IMG/VR virus record: IMGVR_UViG_3300012663_000778
Coordinates: 1 to 43,981 of that record
DNA length: 43,981 bases
Source of the DNA: a virus
Taxonomy: Duplodnaviria > Caudoviricetes
Direction: 5' to 3' (one strand)
In this document: positions 36,927-43,981 of the stretch, one piece after another
Layout: every line of letters starts with the position of its first letter
Numbering within the stretch: the first letter of the stretch is position 1
The notes under the pieces: generated by a model
The model's database searches: none
The model's input: only the letters and a program-made list of their open reading frames with translations
Told to the model about the DNA's origin: nothing
Program-made: the position numbers and the translations under genes

Positions 36927-37134
36927 ACCTTTTACTATTTTAGCAACTAAAGATGAGCCAAATTTTGGAACTTTAGTAAGTTATACTATATCAGATAGAG
37001 CGTATATAGAGCAACAAGACTATAAAGGTACTCAAACCTCAATAGTAACTTCTAGTGTATTAATTCCGTATGGGGAAGATATAGATACATATTTACTTAA
37101 CTACTTAATACGATGTGGATGGATTAAGTTATGA
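36919..37134 (+). CDS. hypothetical protein
   Basis: Overlaps both neighbours in the operon; start moved to MIKPF. Confidence 0.6.
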   Translation: MIKPFTILATKDEPNFGTLVSYTISDRAYIEQQDYKGTQTSIVTSSVLIPYGEDIDTYLLNYLIRCGWIKL

Positions 37135-37754
37135 ATTATTTTTTGGTAGAAACTTCTGATGGTTTAGTAAAATATTACTTAACTGGTACTGAAAAATTTA
37201 AAGAAATAGCACAAATGGTAGAATCTAAATATAATAATTTAGATTCTACTAAATGGGAACTAGTTAGTGAACCAATATATAACAGTATTTTAAACGATCA
37301 AGTAGTAACAGCTATATACAAAGTAACTAGCCCATACTTAGATCATCTAGAGCCTATTAAAGTTAGTCGAAAGTATTTATTAAATAAGCAGCATATTTAT
37401 GAAAAAGTATACACACTTTTAACTGATGCTTCCGAATTTGAGCTACCAGAAAATTCTAAAGCATTAGCTAAAGGATATTTACTAAATATATACGGACAGC
37501 CAGGTGATGAGGACTATTCTAATTATGTAGATATATACTTCTCATGTAAAAACCATGAAAAAGTAGAAGCTTTTGCAGGAAAATTATTAACAGTTGGTAC
37601 GTATTCAAACTACTACTGTATAACTTTTAATAATACTACTAAAGAACGATTAAAAATAAAGAATTATTGTTATGATAAACATAGTAGTTTATCAAACTGG
37701 GATGAGTATTGGACTGCTGAGTGTATAGATAGAGATATTAATATTTCCACATAG
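37131..37754 (+). CDS. hypothetical protein
   Basis: 207 aa, ATGA coupling, no recognisable motif. Confidence 0.65.
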   Translation: MNYFLVETSDGLVKYYLTGTEKFKEIAQMVESKYNNLDSTKWELVSEPIYNSILNDQVVTAIYKVTSPYLDHLEPIKVSRKYLLNKQHIYEKVYTLLTDASEFELPENSKALAKGYLLNIYGQPGDEDYSNYVDIYFSCKNHEKVEAFAGKLLTVGTYSNYYCITFNNTTKERLKIKNYCYDKHSSLSNWDEYWTAECIDRDINIST

Positions 37755-37781
37755 CTTTCCTAAAATTTATAGAGGAATAAA

Positions 37782-38711
37782 ATGGCATCGAATAATCTTA
37801 GAATAATCTATAATAATATTCTAGATCTACCTACAACTATTATAACAGCATCAAGCACTGCCGCAGGCACTGCTACAACTGTTAGTAATTTAAAGTTAGA
37901 CTCTAAATCCCAAGTATGGAGATCTGCTACTACTGGAGTAGCAAATGGTGTAGGAGGTTTATTTACTACAAGAGCAAATATTGTACTAACTTTTGATAGT
38001 GCAATTATTGGTGGCGTAATGTTACCTTTTTGCAATCTTTCGTCAGCTGCAAAAATCAGAGTACGTGGATATACAGGAACACCCCCTACAACGGGTGCAG
38101 CTACTAATACACCAACTGCGGCAGCTACAGGCACATTAGTTCTCGATAGTACTCAAATATTTTCTTGTCCATATCAAAACTTTGGATTATGGAATTGGGG
38201 TAGCTTACCCCTGGGAGTAAATAGTTACTCTTATGGTGGAGGAACTTACGGTAGAGCTTGGATGCCAGCTCAATTAGCATGTACTAGTTTACTAATTGAA
38301 ATAGAAGATACTCAGTGTACTAATCCCTATATAGAAATATCAAGAATTATTACAGGATCTTACTGGTCTCCTAAATATAATACCTCTTTTGGGCTATCTA
38401 CAGGTAGCCAAGATTTAAGTAAGCATCAGCGTAGTGAGTCTGGTGATCTAATTACAAGTAGAGGTATTCGCTATCGTAGCATGAGATTTGATCTAACCTG
38501 GCTACCACCAGAAGATAGACTAGAATTTACAAGAATACTTAGAGGCAATGGATTACCTAGACCTTTATTTATAAGTTTATTTCCAGATAACTCACAAGAT
38601 TACGAAAAAGAACAAGCTCATCAGATTTATGGAAAATTATCACAACTTTCTGATATAACACATCCTATTTTTGAAATATATAGTACAAGCATTGACATAG
38701 AGGAGATCTAA
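37782..38711 (+). CDS. tail structural protein (distal-tail-like)
   Basis: GAGG RBS; YIEISRI..G.YWSP.YN..G..DLS..RSESG..RSMRFDL pattern of siphophage tail proteins. Confidence 0.55.
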   Translation: MASNNLRIIYNNILDLPTTIITASSTAAGTATTVSNLKLDSKSQVWRSATTGVANGVGGLFTTRANIVLTFDSAIIGGVMLPFCNLSSAAKIRVRGYTGTPPTTGAATNTPTAAATGTLVLDSTQIFSCPYQNFGLWNWGSLPLGVNSYSYGGGTYGRAWMPAQLACTSLLIEIEDTQCTNPYIEISRIITGSYWSPKYNTSFGLSTGSQDLSKHQRSESGDLITSRGIRYRSMRFDLTWLPPEDRLEFTRILRGNGLPRPLFISLFPDNSQDYEKEQAHQIYGKLSQLSDITHPIFEIYSTSIDIEEI

Positions 38712-41700
38712 ATGGCAACTCAGACTTTTTATGTTGGCCAAAATGATTATTTATCATCTCTAAATGTTTTATATACTGCTACTGTTACTGGTGGTAAAAC
38801 GTTATTTAGTGTTGGAGCCAATTCTCCTACTACTTCACCTACAGGTGGTTTAACTTACAATAATACTACAGGCGTATTTACGTTTATACCTAAAACTAAT
38901 GAAGTGCCAACTATAGTAGGGCAGTCAAATAAATATTTATTTACAAACGGATCTACAGTAAGTTGGGAAACAATTACTCCAACACCTCAAAGTAACTGGA
39001 CAGCTACCTCAGCAGCAACAGGAGCTATTCTTAACAAACCTATTCTTTCAACCGTAGCTACGTCAGGTAGATACGCAGATTTATTAAATAAACCAACAAT
39101 AACTACCGCTGCAGCTAGTGGGGGTGGTGCTTTAACTATTGTAGGCGATACATTTCAATTTACTCCTGCATTTATACCTACATATACCATTAGTACGGCT
39201 ACACCTAGTGGAAGTGGTAGCTTAAGTCTAACAGGTAGTACTTTTACATTTACTCCACCAATTATTCCAATTGCATACAGTTTACCAACTGCAAGCACCT
39301 CTATATTAGGCGGTGTAAAAATTGACGGTACAACTATTAAAATTGCAGCAACAGGAGTAATTTCTGGTTTTTCAGGCAATTATACAGACTTAACTAATAA
39401 ACCAACAATACCGGCAGCACAAGTTTCCGCAGACTGGAATGCAACTGTTGCCCCAGCACAAATATTAAATAAACCAGTAATACCTAGTATTGTTGGTTTA
39501 GCTACTTTATTAAGTCCTGCATTTACTGGTACACCAACAGCACCAACAGCTAGTTTAGCTACTAATAGTACACAAATTGCTACAACCGCATATGTAAGAA
39601 GTGAAATTAATGCATTAACGTCCAGCGCCAATTCCGCCCTAGATACCTTAAATGAATTAGCAGCTGCACTAGGAAATGATGCAAACTTTGCTACTACAGT
39701 TACTAATCAACTAGCTTTAAAAGCACCTCTTGCTAGCCCTACTTTTACTGGTACAGTAAGTGGTATTACTAAAGCAATGGTCGGGCTAGGTAATGTTACT
39801 AATGAGAGTAAAGCTACAATGTTTACGGCTCCTGCGTTTACAGGGGCTATAACAGTAAGCGGACACATAGTACCTAGTGCAAATATTACTTATGATCTTG
39901 GTTCTATAACAAATAAATTTAGATCTCTGTACTTAAGCAGCAGTACAATTTTCTTAGATGGTTTTTCTTTAAGTGTATCTCCTACAGGTTCATTACTTGT
40001 TACAGACACTACTCTAGAAACTCCGCCTCCACCAGTAGAAATGGCAAGTATTGCCGAAGTAATTGCATTAATCTCGAGTACTGTTGGTAACGTTACCAAC
40101 GAGAGTAAAGCCACTATGTTTAATAATCCTACATTTACTGGTACAGTAAATGGGATTAATGCTGGATTAGTGGGTTTAGGTAATGTTACCAATGAGAGTA
40201 AAGCTACTATGTTTAGTAGTCCTACTTTTACAGGTACAGTAACGGGTATTACCTCTGCAATGGTAGGTCTTGGTAATGTTACCAATGAGAGTAAAGCTAC
40301 TATGTTTAGTAGTCCTACTTTTACAGGTACAGTAACGGGTATTACCTCTGCAATGGTAGGTCTTGGTAATGTTACCAATGAGAGTAAAGCTACTATGTTT
40401 AGTAGTCCTACTTTTACAGGTACAGTAACGGGTATTACCTCTGCAATGGTAGGTCTTGGTAATGTTACCAATGAGAGTAAAGCTACTATGTTTAGTAGTC
40501 CTACTTTTACAGGTACAGTAACGGGTATTACTTCTGCAATGATTGGTTTAGGCAATGTAGATAATACCTCAGACTTAAACAAACCAATATCTACAGCAGT
40601 ACAAGCGGCTCTATCAAATATTACTGATAGTATTGGCAGTATAGATATAATTGGATTATCAAATCTAGTATCTACTAAAGCTCCAATAAATAATCCAACA
40701 TTTACAGGAACAGTAGGCGGAATAACAGCAACAATGGTTGGTCTAGGTAATGTTGATAATACATCAGACTTAAATAAACCATTATCTACAGCAACAATAG
40801 CTGCAATAGCTGTAGAAACTGCAAGAGCTCAGGCCGCAGAAGCTGACTTTGTAAGTAAAAATAATCCGGTATTTACTGGTACAATCAGTGGTATAACTAA
40901 ATCAATGATTGGTTTAGGTAATGTAGATAATACCTCAGATTTAAATAAGCCTATATCAACACTTACTCAATCAGCCCTAACCGCAGAACAACAAAGAGCT
41001 CAAGCTGCAGAAATTTTACTAGCTCCTTTAGCAAATCCAACATTTACTGGTACAGTAACAGGTATTACTAAAGCGATGGTTGGGCTAGGAAATGTAGATA
41101 ATACCTCTGACTTAGATAAGCCTGTATCTACACTTACACAAATAGCAATAGCAGTAGAAAGTATAAGAGCACAAGATGCCGAAACTTTACTAGCCCCCTT
41201 AGCAAGTCCTACGTTTACAGGTACTGTAAGCGGTATCAGTAAATCAATGGTAGGTCTTGGTAATGTTACTAATGAGAGTAAAGCTACTATGTTTAGTAGT
41301 CCTACTTTTACAGGCACAGTAACGGGTATTACCTCCGCAATGGTAGGCTTAGGTAATGTTACTAATGAGAGTAAAGCTACTATGTTTACTAGTCCTGTAT
41401 TTACAGGTACAGTAAGTGGTATTACTTCTGCAATGGTTGGTTTAGGCAATGTAGATAACACTTCAGACTTAAACAAGCCCGTATCGGTAGCAACACAAGC
41501 GGCAATATCCACAGAAACAAATAGAGCTCAAGCAGCAGAAGCCTTATTAGCTCCTATATCTACTACGTATACTAAAACCGAAGTAGATTTAATGGTTAGT
41601 CAAGTTAGTTTAGTAACTCCTGGTTTAATAGCTAATATTACGCAACTAACAGGGTATTTAAACGATAATGCTATATCTATAGGTGATATTGTAACTAGTT

Positions 41701-43981
41701 TAAATACTAAAGCACCTATAAATAGCCCCACTTTTACAGGCACAGTAGCCGGTATTACTAAAGCAATGATAGGATTATCAGATGTAGATAATACGTCTGA
41801 TCTAAATAAACCTATATCTACAGCAACTCAAGCAGCTATAGATGCCGAAATAAGCAGAGCTCAAACAGTAGAAGCACTATTAGCTACTTCAGCCAATCCT
41901 ACTTTTACAGGTACAATAACTGGTATTACTAAATCTACAGTAGGTTTAGGTAATGTAGATAATACATCCGACTTAGATAAGCCAGTATCAACAGCCACAG
42001 CAGCAGCAATTGAGGCAGAAAGACAAAGAGCCTTAGCAGCAGAAGCAGGTTTTGTGAGTAAAGATAACCCAGTGTTTACTGGAACAGCCTCAGGATTAAA
42101 TAAAACTACAATAGGCTTATCAAACGTAGACAATACATCAGACTTAGATAAACCTGTATCTACAGCAGTTGCAACTGCAATAGCTACAGAAACTACAAGG
42201 GCCCAAACTGCAGAAGCCCTATTAGCACCTAAATCTACTACTTATACTAAAACAGAAGTAGATGCAAAAATTGTAGAAATTGGATCTATTCCTACTGGTT
42301 TGACAGACACACTGGCAAGTCTCGCTCCTAAAATTTCCCCTATATTAACAGGAATACCATCAGTACCAACAGCAAGTCTAGTTACTGATTTAGATGTAGA
42401 AAATTTTGGAGTTGTTGGAGGTATAGCTACAGTATACTTTTCTAATTTAATTATAGCACCTTTTACTGCTGGTTCTAGTATAACTCTTTCTAATTTTCTT
42501 CCTGCTCAAACAACTAGTCCAGCTAATAATGTAAATGGGACTTTTACAGTAGTATCCTGTACTCCAACAACTTTAACATTTGCTTTAACAGGTACTTATA
42601 CTAATACAACTTTAGGTTCGGTTAGTGGTATTAATCGTTCAAATCAAATAGCAAATCTAGCATATGTAAGTGCAAAAATTGATGCTGTACTTAGTTCTGG
42701 TCCAGGTGCTTTAGACACTTTAAACGAATTAGCCGCTGCTTTAGGTAATGATGCAAATTTTTCTACTACAGTACTTAATTCATTAGCTTTAAAAGCACCA
42801 TTAGTAAATCCTAGTTTCACTGGTACAGTAACTGGTATTACTAAATCAATGGTTGGTTTAGGAAATGTAGATAACACTTCGGATGCAAATAAGCCTGTAT
42901 CTACAGCAACAGCAGCTGCTATAGCAGCTGTAACTAATTCAGCTTCTTTATCTGGAGCAGTTGATTTTTCAAATGCTACTTCAATAACTGGACTAACTAA
43001 AACCACAGTAGGTTTAGGAAATGTAGATAATACTTCAGATGCAAATAAGCCAGTATCTACAGCACAACAAACAGCCTTAAATTTAAAAGCTAACATAGAG
43101 TCTCCTACTTTTACAGGTACAGTAAGTGGAATTACTTCCACAATGGTTGGTTTAGGTAATGTAGAAAACTTAAATAGAGCCTCTTTGTTTAGTAGTCCTA
43201 CAGTTACAGGTGTTCTTTCTGTTTCAGGAACAACTTCTGGGTCTGTTAGAATACAAGCTCAACCAGATGCAGGTTCAGCAATTTATACACTACCAGCAAC
43301 AGCTCCATCATCAGACGGATATGTACTAAGTAGTAATACTTCAGGACTATTAAGCTGGGTAGTGCCTGGTTCAGGTCCTTCAGGTGCTTCAGGTGCTCAA
43401 GGGGGTGTAGGATACCAAGGTGCTACAGGAGTTACTGGATTTACTGGTGCTACAGGTGCAGGTGCGCCAGGTAGTCAAGGTGGTCAAGGTTATGATGGTG
43501 CTACAGGTGTTCAAGGACCTCAAGGAGAACAAGGTGCTACAGGATTAGGTGCCACAGGTGCTACTGGATTAACAGGGGCAACAGGTACTCAAGGTATTCA
43601 AGGAGCTACTGGTGTAGGTTTCCAAGGTGAAGCAGGTGGACCAGGATATGATGGTGCTACAGGTGCATCTGGTGCTACAGGCTATCAAGGTGCTACAGGT
43701 GTTACAGGCTATCAGGGTGCTACAGGTGCTGGATATCCAGGTGCTTCAGGTAGTCAAGGTGGTCAAGGTTATGACGGAGCTACAGGTGCTCAAGGACCTC
43801 AAGGTAGTACTGGAGCAACAGGTGTAACAGGAGATACTGGATATCAAGGTACAACAGGTATAACAGGATATGACGGAGCCACAGGTTATCAAGGAGCTAC
43901 AGGTGTAGGTGCTGCAGGTGGTGCGGGATATGACGGAGCTACAGGTGTACAGGGATATAATGGAGCCACAGGTGTTTCAGG
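38712..43981 (+). CDS. long repeat-rich tail fibre with a collagen-like region (3' incomplete, >1750 aa)
   Basis: Not in the track, consistent with no stop inside the window. AGGAG RBS and [12 protein letters not shown] start; two [17 protein letters not shown] motifs; many GLGNV(D/T)N repeats; the G-X-Y region is in the same frame as the start. Confidence 0.88.
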   Translation, partial: MATQTFYVGQNDYLSSLNVLYTATVTGGKTLFSVGANSPTTSPTGGLTYNNTTGVFTFIPKTNEVPTIVGQSNKYLFTNGSTVSWETITPTPQSNWTATSAATGAILNKPILSTVATSGRYADLLNKPTITTAAASGGGALTIVGDTFQFTPAFIPTYTISTATPSGSGSLSLTGSTFTFTPPIIPIAYSLPTASTSILGGVKIDGTTIKIAATGVISGFSGNYTDLTNKPTIPAAQVSADWNATVAPAQILNKPVIPSIVGLATLLSPAFTGTPTAPTASLATNSTQIATTAYVRSEINALTSSANSALDTLNELAAALGNDANFATTVTNQLALKAPLASPTFTGTVSGITKAMVGLGNVTNESKATMFTAPAFTGAITVSGHIVPSANITYDLGSITNKFRSLYLSSSTIFLDGFSLSVSPTGSLLVTDTTLETPPPPVEMASIAEVIALISSTVGNVTNESKATMFNNPTFTGTVNGINAGLVGLGNVTNESKATMFSSPTFTGTVTGITSAMVGLGNVTNESKATMFSSPTFTGTVTGITSAMVGLGNVTNESKATMFSSPTFTGTVTGITSAMVGLGNVTNESKATMFSSPTFTGTVTGITSAMIGLGNVDNTSDLNKPISTAVQAALSNITDSIGSIDIIGLSNLVSTKAPINNPTFTGTVGGITATMVGLGNVDNTSDLNKPLSTATIAAIAVETARAQAAEADFVSKNNPVFTGTISGITKSMIGLGNVDNTSDLNKPISTLTQSALTAEQQRAQAAEILLAPLANPTFTGTVTGITKAMVGLGNVDNTSDLDKPVSTLTQIAIAVESIRAQDAETLLAPLASPTFTGTVSGISKSMVGLGNVTNESKATMFSSPTFTGTVTGITSAMVGLGNVTNESKATMFTSPVFTGTVSGITSAMVGLGNVDNTSDLNKPVSVATQAAISTETNRAQAAEALLAPISTTYTKTEVDLMVSQVSLVTPGLIANITQLTGYLNDNAISIGDIVTSLNTKAPINSPTFTGTVAGITKAMIGLSDVDNTSDLNKPISTATQAAIDAEISRAQTVEALLATSANPTFTGTITGITKSTVGLGNVDNTSDLDKPVSTATAAAIEAERQRALAAEAGFVSKDNPVFTGTASGLNKTTIGLSNVDNTSDLDKPVSTAVATAIATETTRAQTAEALLAPKSTTYTKTEVDAKIVEIGSIPTGLTDTLASLAPKISPILTGIPSVPTASLVTDLDVENFGVVGGIATVYFSNLIIAPFTAGSSITLSNFLPAQTTSPANNVNGTFTVVSCTPTTLTFALTGTYTNTTLGSVSGINRSNQIANLAYVSAKIDAVLSSGPGALDTLNELAAALGNDANFSTTVLNSLALKAPLVNPSFTGTVTGITKSMVGLGNVDNTSDANKPVSTATAAAIAAVTNSASLSGAVDFSNATSITGLTKTTVGLGNVDNTSDANKPVSTAQQTALNLKANIESPTFTGTVSGITSTMVGLGNVENLNRASLFSSPTVTGVLSVSGTTSGSVRIQAQPDAGSAIYTLPATAPSSDGYVLSSNTSGLLSWVVPGSGPSGASGAQGGVGYQGATGVTGFTGATGAGAPGSQGGQGYDGATGVQGPQGEQGATGLGATGATGLTGATGTQGIQGATGVGFQGEAGGPGYDGATGASGATGYQGATGVTGYQGATGAGYPGASGSQGGQGYDGATGAQGPQGSTGATGVTGDTGYQGTTGITGYDGATGYQGATGVGAAGGAGYDGATGVQGYNGATGVS
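40179..40550 (+). repeat. four tandem 93-bp (31-aa) near-identical repeats
   Basis: Units start at 40179, 40272, 40365 and 40458 and encode [31 protein letters not shown]. Confidence 0.92.
43368..43981 (+). repeat. collagen-like Gly-X-Y repeat
   Basis: [24 protein letters not shown]..., dominated by GAT, GYQ and GYD triplets. Confidence 0.9.

Noticed and set aside
2917-38134. Numerous short ORFs nested within or antisense to the late genes
   Set aside because: Overlapped by motif-supported genes and carry no independent signals.
39155-43141. Repetitive minus-strand ORFs such as 39890..40582 and 41000..41512
   Set aside because: Shadow frames of the + strand fibre gene starting at 38712.
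43627-43827. ORF with VLQ repeats
   Set aside because: Alternative frame of the collagen repeat.
38712-43981. Diversity-generating retroelement or invertible fibre cassette
   Set aside because: No reverse transcriptase or invertase in the window, and repeat differences look mainly synonymous rather than adenine-specific.
1-43981. Stop-codon reassignment
   Set aside because: Genes are full length in the standard code, and TAA, TGA and TAG all end genes at expected positions.

Overview
The window is a lytic T5-like (Demerecviridae-like) siphophage segment using the standard genetic code. I saw no tRNA, CRISPR array or integrase. Positions 1-2420 carry small minus-strand genes resembling the T5 pre-early / first-step-transfer region: a HAD phosphatase like dmp (cut by the window edge), a SprT-like HExxH protein, an A2-like protein, an HNH-like protein and tiny ORFs. 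Their three intergenic spacers are built from a shared set of palindromic motifs, including two perfect copies and one near-perfect copy of the SlmA nucleoid-occlusion binding site GTGAGTACTCAC. From about 2700 onward everything is on the + strand in T5 late-gene order: small terminase, large terminase, HNH nicking endonuclease, portal, fused protease-capsid, head and tail completion, terminator, tail tube, frameshifted chaperones, a 2539-aa tape measure protein, tail tip proteins, and a repeat-rich, collagen-ended fibre of >1750 aa running off the window. Two accessory blocks interrupt the packaging module. One, between terS and terL, encodes BI-1/YccA, an ATP-grasp-like protein, a class II aldolase, an LpxH-like phosphoesterase, GT2, IscU and ErpA/IscA. 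The other, after terL, encodes a GT4-methyltransferase fusion, an FkbM methyltransferase and a GalE-like epimerase. All family assignments come from motif recognition and gene order; no searches were run.
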